Shown here piece by piece: positions 53,083-60,803 of a stretch of 64,000 nucleotides of DNA; positions within the stretch are counted from its first letter, which is position 1, and each line of letters starts with the position of its first letter. The stretch lies in the IMG/VR virus record IMGVR_UViG_3300031992_000005, positions 64,001 through 128,000 of that record. One strand, written 5' to 3'. The position numbers and the translations under genes were made by a program. This stretch comes from a virus. Under the pieces are notes generated by a model that had not been told where the DNA came from, ran no database searches, and worked only from the letters and a program-made list of their open reading frames with translations.

Positions 53083-54393
53083 TTAGAAACTTACACCACT
53101 ACCCCAAGCACTGGTCTTTGCAAAATCAGGCTTAGTAAATGTTGTAGCACCACTATTACCACCGCCAACAGGACTTCCACTAATTGGATCATAATGACCT
53201 GCAGGAGGATTTGTGTACGGATTAGTATTCTTAGCAGCAATCTCTTCTGGATTTCTTGGTATATTAGTATTACCATAAGCTCCATTTGAAATCTGTGCTT
53301 GCTCATTCTTAGCAGCTTGTTCTGCCATCTGAGCTAAGATCGGATCATTTGTTTGCTGACCTCGAGTATTCGTAGGTTGCTGCTTCTTAATAATCATCTC
53401 ATTTGTGGCACTAATGGCTTCCTGGATGCTGGTCTTATTCTGCTTTGCCATTCTGATTCTTACAATCTGATCAGTCATGTACTGAATGGCCTCCTCAATG
53501 AGAGGACGATTAAACAGCCTCTTCTGTGAATGATCTGGCTGAGCATCATCCTTATTTGCTTGCCAACCAAGGAAAGTCTCTACTGGATTTTGCATGAGCT
53601 CCAAGTCCTCTTCTGGAATAACATAGCTACCAGTAATATTGCCAGTACCTATCTGATGGTTTACTGAAATATTAAATCCAGGACCATCAGCCTTATTGAC
53701 TGATAACATAACTAATCCAGTTCGACCTGTTGAGTTTCTGTTATAAATCTCATCAATCCAATTAGGATTTCCCTGACCAATCAAGAAATTGGTGTCATTA
53801 ATACTGTTATTAACAATGTCTAAGAAATTCTTAGCCGTTATAATAAACAGTGCGCAGAAGTTTTGACGAGATGGACTTCTCATATCACCACCAGCTGACC
53901 AGAACATAGTAGCCATTGCATGGAAGATAGTGTAGTTCTTCCTTCTAATAAGTTTACTAATAACTGGATCGAGGGCATTGTTCCTTCCATCTACTTCCTG
54001 ATAAAGCTCTTCCCATGTAGCATAAGCTCTTCTAAGAAGCTCTTCGTCTGAAGCAGTTAAACTAGATACTTCACGACCACTACTAGGATCTTTAATTGTA
54101 TAAGCTGACTCTGGAAGTAATTTAATCCAAGAATAGTATACGGTCTCTTGACCATCACTGCTCAAATTCTTTCTTGGCATATTAATCTCCCTAGTATTCT
54201 TCAAAAATACATAAGGGAAACCATCACTAATGGTGCTTGTAATTGGAAGTAACTGATACTTTCCAAAAGCCCCTGGGAAAGAACAATAAATCTTTTCAAT
54301 TAATCTCTTTTTCTCAAATTGTACTTGTTTGTTCGAAGGAGAAATACTTTGAAGCTTTCCTAAAAACTGCTCTAAACCGTTTGAATTACTCAT
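53083..54393 (-). CDS. hypothetical protein (436 aa) with low-complexity Q/N/G/P-rich C-terminal tail
   Basis: Long ORF in the replication/recombination block. The tail and position are compatible with an ssDNA-binding or mediator protein, but no motif supports this. Confidence 0.5.
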   Translation of the reverse strand: MSNSNGLEQFLGKLQSISPSNKQVQFEKKRLIEKIYCSFPGAFGKYQLLPITSTISDGFPYVFLKNTREINMPRKNLSSDGQETVYYSWIKLLPESAYTIKDPSSGREVSSLTASDEELLRRAYATWEELYQEVDGRNNALDPVISKLIRRKNYTIFHAMATMFWSAGGDMRSPSRQNFCALFIITAKNFLDIVNNSINDTNFLIGQGNPNWIDEIYNRNSTGRTGLVMLSVNKADGPGFNISVNHQIGTGNITGSYVIPEEDLELMQNPVETFLGWQANKDDAQPDHSQKRLFNRPLIEEAIQYMTDQIVRIRMAKQNKTSIQEAISATNEMIIKKQQPTNTRGQQTNDPILAQMAEQAAKNEQAQISNGAYGNTNIPRNPEEIAAKNTNPYTNPPAGHYDPISGSPVGGGNSGATTFTKPDFAKTSAWGSGVSF

Positions 54394-54603
54394 AAAATTA
54401 ATGAAATTAAAATTAAATTAAATATAAAATTAGAAATTTTTATTATGTCTGCTAGAACAAAACTAACAGAATTTATCATCAAAGATAAGATTTTAAAGTG
54501 ATTTCACATTAATAAAGAGTTCCCTGCTTCTAAACTCCGTTTTTTACATGTAGAAAAAAAATTCCCCGGGAATTTTCCCAGGGAACACAGATATATACAA
54601 CGA

Positions 54604-55341
54604 TTATTTCTTCACGGATAATGAGCTCTTAAATCCATGAAGTTTTTTCAAATTCTCATCTGACAGAGGGCTACTAGTTCTAATAACCCTCTTGACAATA
54701 TTGTAGGAGCCATGATTCTCGATATTTGATGGCGGCTTCAAAAGACCTAACTGAATCTTAGCAGCCTTATCACCCGAAGCGTTTACCTCATTATAGAAAG
54801 TTTTGAGCGCAATCAATGCCTCAAAGGAGATATAGATGCAATCACCACTCTCCAATGGCAATGCACAAGCTCGAGTGCCCTTCACCGTCTCAATAGGGAA
54901 ATTCAGGTCAAACCTTCTGAGAGCCTTGTTCTCTTCTTCACCGAACTCAGTCTTTCCTTGCTTTGACATTCTTTCCTGTATCTTCTTAATCTGGTTCTTA
55001 CGATCCTTGTGATACTTTTCAATGCTATCAAGGTCAGATAGACGAATATTCAAGATAGGACATCTTGCTATATTGTTCACCTTCAACTGTGGATCAAGCT
55101 TCTTAATGAGGAATGTGCCAAGATCCTTCTTATCAGTTACTTGGCCAACCACTTTGAAAAGGAACCTGATATACTTCAGTTTTCCTCCACCAGCCTCAAT
55201 CAGATCAGCAATCTTCAAGATGGCCTCTTGAGCTTTCACCAGGTCAAAAGGATGTTTTCCTGCTGCATCCCACTTAGTGTCTTCTTCTAGACAATATTTC
55301 TCCTTAATGGAGAGAAACACACTTTTCCTTTTCTTTATCAT
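54604..55341 (-). CDS. hypothetical protein (245 aa)
   Basis: ATG ORF with its own upstream promoter motif. Confidence 0.55.
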   Translation of the reverse strand: MIKKRKSVFLSIKEKYCLEEDTKWDAAGKHPFDLVKAQEAILKIADLIEAGGGKLKYIRFLFKVVGQVTDKKDLGTFLIKKLDPQLKVNNIARCPILNIRLSDLDSIEKYHKDRKNQIKKIQERMSKQGKTEFGEEENKALRRFDLNFPIETVKGTRACALPLESGDCIYISFEALIALKTFYNEVNASGDKAAKIQLGLLKPPSNIENHGSYNIVKRVIRTSSPLSDENLKKLHGFKSSLSVKK

Positions 55342-55367
55342 ACTCTTTTAATTATTAAAAATTAATA

Positions 55368-55391
55368 CATATATAAGATTTTAAAGGGAAG
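55368..55391 (-). promoter_or_regulatory. copy of phage promoter-like motif (minus strand)
   Basis: The reverse complement reads cttccctttaaaatcttatatatg, 27 nt upstream of the start at 55341. Confidence 0.4.
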
Positions 55392-55395
55392 AAAA

Positions 55396-55420
55396 AAGAA
55401 AAGGCCCGAAGGCACTTTTC
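55396..55420 (-). terminator. intrinsic terminator (minus strand)
   Basis: The reverse complement reads aaaagtgcc-TTCG-ggcctttt followed by a T-run. It lies downstream of 55445..55750. Confidence 0.5.
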
Positions 55421-55444
55421 TTATGCTACCGGAAGAGAGTTGTG

Positions 55445-55750
55445 TTACTTTTTCTCTTCTTCCTTGTTGTTCTTTTCCTGCTGACCTTGACCTGGTTCTG
55501 GTTTTTGTTCAGGTTGTTCAGTCGTTGGAAACCTCTTATCGAGGCCCCTTTTTGCAGATTTCATTGTGTCACCAATAGCATCGGTAACTTTGTCCATCGC
55601 TGCGTTAGCTACAATCGCTACTAAGATAGCGGCTCCGACCAATGTACCTGCGGCAATAATGCCGAGGATGATCATAATGATCGACTTCACCACTTTGTTA
55701 ATGCTACGTTTCTGAGCAGTCTTGATCTGTTTTTTGTTAATCTTTTCCAT
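55445..55750 (-). CDS. single-pass membrane protein with charged C-terminal tail (101 aa)
   Basis: TM segment IIMIILGIIAAGTLVGAAILVAIVANAA, with a K/E/Q-rich tail. It has its own promoter motif and terminator. Confidence 0.55.
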   Translation of the reverse strand: MEKINKKQIKTAQKRSINKVVKSIIMIILGIIAAGTLVGAAILVAIVANAAMDKVTDAIGDTMKSAKRGLDKRFPTTEQPEQKPEPGQGQQEKNNKEEEKK

Positions 55751-55792
55751 GATTTCTTAAGTTTTAAAGTTGAACATAAAATTTAACTGTTT

Positions 55793-55826
55793 CTATATAT
55801 AAGGCATTTTTCCTCTTTTAGGAAGG
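55793..55826 (-). promoter_or_regulatory. copy of phage promoter-like motif (minus strand)
   Basis: The reverse complement reads ccttcctaaaagaggaaaaatgccttatatatag, 43 nt upstream of the start at 55750. Confidence 0.4.
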
Positions 55827-55836
55827 AAAAAATAAA

Positions 55837-55853
55837 GGGCGGAAATTCCGCCC
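55837..55853 (-). terminator. intrinsic terminator (minus strand)
   Basis: gggcgg-aaatt-ccgccc, followed by a T-run on the minus strand. Confidence 0.55.
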
Positions 55854-55931
55854 ACCTTTTAAAAATAGAAGATTTTCTGGAGAAAACCTGATATGATTGG
55901 CCAGATTACTTCGTCAAATACTCTAAACATA

Positions 55932-56081
55932 TTAATACAACGTTTTTTTTAAGTTAGACATAAATCTTTTAAAACCATAATCTTGTATAGCTCTCATCAA
56001 GTCATACGTCTGATCACCTATTGCTGTGCCATGATGTCCACATATATATGCAGATAATCCAGTTAAAATCTTCATAATCAT
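55932..56081 (-). CDS. small hypothetical protein (49 aa)
   Basis: Hand-translated as MIMKILTGLSAYICGHHGTAIGDQTYDLMRAIQDYGFKRFMSNLKKTLY*. Its start overlaps the upstream stop (ATGA-type). Confidence 0.3.
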   Translation of the reverse strand: MIMKILTGLSAYICGHHGTAIGDQTYDLMRAIQDYGFKRFMSNLKKTLY

Positions 56082-56221
56082 AATCCTCTGCTGTTTCTAA
56101 TTTTTTCATCAGCCTTTCTTCCAAAAGCTGAATCTAAATAATATCGATATAAAATTTCGGTACCAATCGCCGCTACTGCAGCTTCCATACCTACTACAAT
56201 AATTGTTGCTAAATAATACAT
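56078..56221 (-). CDS. small membrane protein (47 aa)
   Basis: Hand-translated as MYYLATIIVVGMEAAVAAIGTEILYRYYLDSAFGRKADEKIRNSRGL*. Its start lies 40 nt downstream of a promoter motif. Confidence 0.35.
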   Translation of the reverse strand: MYYLATIIVVGMEAAVAAIGTEILYRYYLDSAFGRKADEKIRNSRGL

Positions 56222-56262
56222 AATGTTGTTTATTTTTAAAATTGTTAGAAATTATTAATATT

Positions 56263-56291
56263 TATATATATAAGGCATTAAAAGGACGAGC
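56263..56291 (-). promoter_or_regulatory. copy of phage promoter-like motif (minus strand)
   Basis: The reverse complement reads gctcgtccttttaatgccttatatatata. An imperfect hairpin plus T-run (56294..56330) precedes it in the direction of transcription. Confidence 0.4.
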
Positions 56292-56346
56292 AAAAAAGAA
56301 AGGGAGGCAATCCCTGCTTCCTTTCTTTTGATGTGTTCAGATGAAC

Positions 56347-56733
56347 TTAACCCCTTTTCTTTCCGTGGGGTTGCTTACGATGATTCTTCCTATACTTAAG
56401 ACTTAATCCCAATCGGGTCTTGCGACCGAAGGTTTTGATCTCTTCCTCTGTCAAATCTTCATCCATGTGCTTTATCGTTGACATAAGACGCTTTCCCAGC
56501 ACTTCGACTGGGGTCTTGATGTCTACAAAGAATCTTGCGGTTGCCCTAATTGCACGGACAACTGCAAAGAATTTCTGTAAAAATGGGATTTTTGAATCCC
56601 TATCCCTTCTTTTCCAGACGAACTTCCACATCTGGATTAGTAAATTGACCCTTTCGATCAGGCCAACCAAAAAGTTACTCACTACGTATATGATCATAAT
56701 GACCGAATACACGAAGTTAAATTTCTTTTTCAT
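56347..56733 (-). CDS. membrane protein with basic C-terminal region (128 aa)
   Basis: N-terminal TM segment FVYSVIMIIYVVSNFLVGLI. It has its own promoter motif. Confidence 0.55.
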   Translation of the reverse strand: MKKKFNFVYSVIMIIYVVSNFLVGLIERVNLLIQMWKFVWKRRDRDSKIPFLQKFFAVVRAIRATARFFVDIKTPVEVLGKRLMSTIKHMDEDLTEEEIKTFGRKTRLGLSLKYRKNHRKQPHGKKRG

Positions 56734-56773
56734 AATTTTTTGAAATTAAAAGTTAGACATTTTTTAATTAACT

Positions 56774-56807
56774 CTATATATAAGGCATTTTCCCTCTTTT
56801 GGGAAGG
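56774..56807 (-). promoter_or_regulatory. copy of phage promoter-like motif (minus strand)
   Basis: The reverse complement reads ccttcccaaaagagggaaaatgccttatatatag. It is nearly identical to the copy at 55793..55826. Confidence 0.4.
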
Positions 56808-56816
56808 AAAAATAAA

Positions 56817-56834
56817 AGGTGGTTTTACCCACCT
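56817..56834. terminator. intrinsic terminator downstream of 56840..57376
   Basis: aggtgg-ttttac-ccacct, flanked by an A-run and a T-run. Confidence 0.5.
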
Positions 56835-56839
56835 TCTTT

Positions 56840-57376
56840 TTAGAAGAAATCCACTATTATATAAGAAACAGAATTATATACAGGCCTTCTATACAACAAT
56901 TTATTCCAGATCCAAGGAATAGGTAATAAACAATACCAGAAGTGCTTTTTATCTATTTCTGGAAAATAGTTATGTGATGTAATATCAGACGTTGTAATAA
57001 AATTCCACTTAGGCTTTTTTATTGCAATAAAACCTACCTTACAACCTTCTGGTATCCAACCTGCAACTAGGTTAATAAAATCCTCAGGATAAGAATGCCA
57101 ATCTCCCTCATAAGTAAAGTTAAGAATACACTCATGACCCTTAAAGAGATTCATTGCTTCTTTAACTGTCATCTTACTTCTCCAAAGACCATGAGCAAAT
57201 ACCCACGTATCTCCCTTTTCTTTTACTCTAAGATCAAACCAGGTAATACCACTATTAAGCTGTTCTGACAAAGTTTTTCTTTGACACTTAGCAAAGATCT
57301 TACCTAGTCGACTTAAAAACCCAGAACTTTTCTCACCTGTCGCACTATTATGCGTTCCGATTTTCAATGAATTCAT
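56840..57376 (-). CDS. PLC-like phosphodiesterase (PI-PLC X-domain-like), 178 aa
   Basis: IGTHNSATGE (compare PGTHDSGT), ITWFDLRV (compare IFDIRGR) and VFAHGLW (compare VLHHGPL), with the order and spacing of the bacterial PI-PLC catalytic His/Arg/His. Its start overlaps the cca gene by 29 nt. Confidence 0.45.
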   Translation of the reverse strand: MNSLKIGTHNSATGEKSSGFLSRLGKIFAKCQRKTLSEQLNSGITWFDLRVKEKGDTWVFAHGLWRSKMTVKEAMNLFKGHECILNFTYEGDWHSYPEDFINLVAGWIPEGCKVGFIAIKKPKWNFITTSDITSHNYFPEIDKKHFWYCLLPIPWIWNKLLYRRPVYNSVSYIIVDFF

Positions 57377-58727
57377 TATATTTAATTTTAATAAAATTTT
57401 CCAAAGCCTCAGGAGTATTTTCTAACACTCCATCTAAAACTGCCTCTTTCATAGCATTTTTTATTAGACCGACCATTCTTCCTTTTCCAATACCTAGGAT
57501 TTCCATTATCTCATTTCCTCCAAGGCATGGTTGAAAAAGCCGAACGAGATCTTTTTCTTGCAGGTCACTAATCATCTTTCTTAACTTATCATAGTGATCC
57601 TGTAACCTCATTCTTTTCGAGGGTCTTCTCGAAGTTACGTCAGATTCACAAAGGAGTAGTAGGTCTTCTAAATCTTCTCCAGCATCATAAATAAGCCTTC
57701 TAACAGCACTATCAGTAATAACTGAAGTACTAATCATAGCTGGCCTCATGTGCATATCAACCAGCTTTTGAACATAGTCTTTCTTACCTATCCTAAGCCT
57801 ATCAAGAACTCCTGGTATTAAGTTAGCCCCAATATGTTCATGATTATAGAAGGTCCACTCTCCTGTAGTAGGATCAAATCTCTGAGTAGAAGCTTTTCCA
57901 ATATCATGAAGAAGAGCCGCTATTCTAAGGTAAGGATTAGTTGTTTTCCCCACAATATTTCTCAAAACCTGTAAAGAATGCTTATAATTATCCTTATGTC
58001 CTTCAAGATCATTTCCTGCTTTAAGGGCAGTTAACTCAGGGAGAATCATTTCAAGGAGTTCAGCTGCATCTAGGAGTTCAATTCCTGCAACTGGATCGGG
58101 AGAAGCCATGATTTTTAGAAATTCCGTGCCAATCCTATCAGGGGTTAGAATTTTTATTCTATCCTTCAAAACCTTCATTGCATCAATTAGTCTCGAATCT
58201 ATGAGAAAACCCAATTTACACGTGAATCTAATAGCTCTGAACATGCGCAATGGATCATCCTTGAAAGTAATCATGGGATCCGTTGGTGTCATTATAATCT
58301 TACTTTTTAAATACTTTCGTCCATCAAACGGATCAACATACTCCCCAAAATGCTTCTCATTAAGACACATGGCAATAGTATTTATAGTAAAATCCCTTCT
58401 CATCTGATCATCATATAATGTACCTGGTACTACAGAAGGTTTTCTACTATCTGGGCTATAGGATTCTTTCCTAGCCCCAACAAATTCTACTTCTAGGTTA
58501 TTATACTTTACTGCGGCAGTTCCATAACGTTCATATCTGAGAACCTTACTCTGATGAATCTCCTTGGCAAATTCATCCGCCATCTTTACACCATCACCGA
58601 CGACAACAATATCAATGTCGTCATTTTCTATACCTAGAAGCTTATCTCTTACGTATCCACCTATAACATAACATGGTAGATTAATTTTGTCTGCTACTTT
58701 TCCAATTAATTTTAATAAGTCTTCCAT
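57348..58727 (-). CDS. cca: tRNA nucleotidyltransferase (CCA-adding enzyme) with HD domain
   Basis: Pol-beta head GGYVRDKLLG..DDIDIVV, RDFTINT, and HD domain HSLQV..LLHDIGK. Confidence 0.85.
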   Translation of the reverse strand: MEDLLKLIGKVADKINLPCYVIGGYVRDKLLGIENDDIDIVVVGDGVKMADEFAKEIHQSKVLRYERYGTAAVKYNNLEVEFVGARKESYSPDSRKPSVVPGTLYDDQMRRDFTINTIAMCLNEKHFGEYVDPFDGRKYLKSKIIMTPTDPMITFKDDPLRMFRAIRFTCKLGFLIDSRLIDAMKVLKDRIKILTPDRIGTEFLKIMASPDPVAGIELLDAAELLEMILPELTALKAGNDLEGHKDNYKHSLQVLRNIVGKTTNPYLRIAALLHDIGKASTQRFDPTTGEWTFYNHEHIGANLIPGVLDRLRIGKKDYVQKLVDMHMRPAMISTSVITDSAVRRLIYDAGEDLEDLLLLCESDVTSRRPSKRMRLQDHYDKLRKMISDLQEKDLVRLFQPCLGGNEIMEILGIGKGRMVGLIKNAMKEAVLDGVLENTPEALENFIKIKYNEFIENRNA

Positions 58728-58747
58728 AATTTTTCTTTTTAATTATA

Positions 58748-58773
58748 CATATATAAGGAAAATAAAGGGAGGC
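58748..58773 (-). promoter_or_regulatory. copy of phage promoter-like motif (minus strand)
   Basis: The reverse complement reads gcctccctttattttccttatatatg, 21 nt upstream of the cca start. Confidence 0.4.
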
Positions 58774-58900
58774 ATTTCGCTATTAGGAGAGTTGAGCCTA
58801 AGTATCTTCACCTCATACTCAGACCCAAACTCCTAATAATAGATAAGACTTTCCAGTCTCACCGACCAAGACCCCTCCATTAATGGGCCTTAAGCGAAAT
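58774..58900. other. structured segment in divergent intergenic region (strand and function unknown)
   Basis: 8-bp closing helix atttcgct (58774..58781) / agcgaaat (58893..58900). Nested 9-bp helix tattaggag (58781..) / ctcctaata (58830..58838). Hairpin agact-ttcc-agtct (58846..58859). Confidence 0.3.
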
Positions 58901-58941
58901 CCTCATTAGTAAGGGGATAATGGGTAGTGAAGTGAGTTTTT

Positions 58942-59060
58942 ATTCCCTTTAATGCCTTATATATAGCTAGAAAGCATTTTATTATTATTAATACTGCAGA
59001 AAGAGTCGGTCCGGGATGGATAGACTCTTTTTTTTATTCCCGTTAAAACCTTATTAAAAG
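58942..59060 (+). promoter_or_regulatory. ORF-less mini-cassette followed by the promoter motif of 59077
   Basis: Motif attccctttaatgccttatatatag (58942..58966), hairpin aagagtc..gactctt (59001..59029) plus a T8 run, and motif attcccgttaaaaccttattaaaag (59036..59060), which lies 17 nt upstream of the ATG. Confidence 0.45.
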
Positions 59061-59076
59061 AAATAAAATAAAATAA

Positions 59077-59532
59077 ATGGGAACAAATGGTTTTTTCGAG
59101 AAAATGAAAAGAGGTTTTAGAGAACCTACAAAACTCGAATGGGAAAATAATCAACCGTCGACCCAGGGACAGAGAGTAGATGAGAATAAAGAAAAAGACT
59201 CATCTAATGAAGAACCCCTCCCCGTATTTGGAACAATATATTTATCGGGATTAGGGAAAGAACAGAGATCTATGAAAAGAGTATCTGGATCAGAGGTAAG
59301 ACTTCTTCATTCAACCGGAAAGTTATTTGTAGATATTCCGGGATTCTCTCAAGTAGATTCGAGTATATGGGTAATAGGTGACAGATATAGATTCATACCC
59401 ACATCTAAGTTACCGGGTCGATTTAACAATCTCTTATTCGAAGTGAAACACTTTGATGGAGATTTGATTAATGCTAGACTAATAACAAATGACGGCGAAT
59501 TACTCGTCGGAAAAGTATTGGTTAGGCTATGA
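59077..59532 (+). CDS. hypothetical protein (151 aa)
   Basis: First gene of the right-hand + block. Confidence 0.55.
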   Translation: MGTNGFFEKMKRGFREPTKLEWENNQPSTQGQRVDENKEKDSSNEEPLPVFGTIYLSGLGKEQRSMKRVSGSEVRLLHSTGKLFVDIPGFSQVDSSIWVIGDRYRFIPTSKLPGRFNNLLFEVKHFDGDLINARLITNDGELLVGKVLVRL

Positions 59533-59554
59533 ACAAAACTAATCTTAATTATAT

Positions 59555-59884
59555 ATGGAAAATAAGAATAACGTACTATATAACATACTAATCTTAATCA
59601 TAGTACTAATCTTGATCACAGTTTGTTCAAAATTTATTTTTTTTAAGTGGGAAAAAAGTAAGTTGAACGAAGAATGTGATCAGCTTTACGGAGATTATGA
59701 ACGCGAAGCAAATGCTATAAAAAATATAGTAGATACTATTGATAAGAAAAAGAAACAAGGCGCAACAAAGGATGACCTTGTAGACTTAAATAATGAGATA
59801 AATATACACGAACAAAACTTAAGTGAAATATTTAAAAAATATGAATCTACAATTGAAAAACGTAACAGTAGCTTTCGACTTTAA
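59555..59884 (+). CDS. membrane-anchored coiled-coil protein (109 aa)
   Basis: N-terminal TM segment VLYNILILIIVLILITVC. Confidence 0.5.
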   Translation: MENKNNVLYNILILIIVLILITVCSKFIFFKWEKSKLNEECDQLYGDYEREANAIKNIVDTIDKKKKQGATKDDLVDLNNEINIHEQNLSEIFKKYESTIEKRNSSFRL

Positions 59885-60428
59885 AAGTTCATCCGTAAAC
59901 GTGAAATTCAACCCATTTGAACGCGTTGATGAGAAAAAGAGGGCTAAAGAATTCGCAAGAATTTGTAAGAAAGTGAGTAAACACACTACTGTAAAAGAAA
60001 ACGAGATTGCTATCGTGAAGTGTAAGGTCTGGGATAAGGATGAGAGTAAACCTCTCTTCTATATTGACATTCCTGCCTTGACTAATAAGCTGGAAAGAAA
60101 AAAGGAGGGCGACATTCTCCGCATTAAGTGGGATGGAAAAATATACCACTTAGTCTTGAAGCAGCTTGGTACCCGGAATGGATACGCTACGTTTGAGCAA
60201 ACCGTTGGATCTTTTTCATCTATATTTTCAAAACTCTATAAAAGAGAGCAAGCCCAAAAGGATGTTCTTAGGGAGAAGAGAGCCAAGATACAAGATGAAA
60301 AAGAAGCTAGAGAAAAGAAAATGAAAGAAGAAAGGATGAGGAAGAAGCAGGTAGAAAAACTTATAAGAAGGGCAGAATTTCTACATCCTTGGGAAATTGA
60401 TAACGAATTCTTTTCTCGAATTCACTAA
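59841..60428 (+). CDS. hypothetical protein with K/E-rich C-terminal helix (start uncertain)
   Basis: ATG at 59841, or GTG at 59823. Overlaps the upstream gene. Confidence 0.5.
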   Translation: MNLQLKNVTVAFDFKSSSVNVKFNPFERVDEKKRAKEFARICKKVSKHTTVKENEIAIVKCKVWDKDESKPLFYIDIPALTNKLERKKEGDILRIKWDGKIYHLVLKQLGTRNGYATFEQTVGSFSSIFSKLYKREQAQKDVLREKRAKIQDEKEAREKKMKEERMRKKQVEKLIRRAEFLHPWEIDNEFFSRIH

Positions 60429-60434
60429 AAGATT

Positions 60435-60462
60435 GGGGAATAATTCCCCTTTCTTTTTTTTT
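60435..60462 (+). terminator. intrinsic terminator
   Basis: ggggaa-taa-ttcccc followed by TTTCTTTTTTTTT. Confidence 0.55.
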
Positions 60463-60527
60463 CTAACTTAAAAAACTCCACTCAGAACCTAGGAATTCCC
60501 TATAAGTGAAATTTAAATTCAGATTTT

Positions 60528-60791
60528 ATGAAAACAATAGATTCAAAAATTTTAGTAAAAAAAGTCGAAGAAGACGGTGTTGAAGATTATACTGAAAAAG
60601 TAGGTAATCTTGTCATTCCGAATAGAAATAAGCAGACTGAAAAGTATGAAGTTATTTCTGTTGGGGAGAAAATTACTTCCTTGAAGGAAGGAGATGTTGT
60701 TATTACATTTCCTAATCCAGGGACAACAGTAAAGCATGACGGAGTAGATTACCGTGTTATATCAATACCAGACATTCTTATTGTACTTTAA
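60528..60791 (+). CDS. groS: GroES-like co-chaperonin (Cpn10), 87 aa
   Basis: ILVKKVEE..GNLVIP......EVISVGEKI..LKEGDVV.....GTTVKHDGVDYRVISIPDILIVL is collinear with GroES. Confidence 0.75.
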   Translation: MKTIDSKILVKKVEEDGVEDYTEKVGNLVIPNRNKQTEKYEVISVGEKITSLKEGDVVITFPNPGTTVKHDGVDYRVISIPDILIVL

Positions 60792-60803
60792 AATTTAAAA
60801 AAA

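Noticed and set aside
53083-54393. Calling this ORF an SSB (gp32-like)
   Set aside because: Only its context in the recombination block and its low-complexity C-terminal tail point that way. No OB-fold or zinc-finger motif could be recognised by eye, so it is left as hypothetical.
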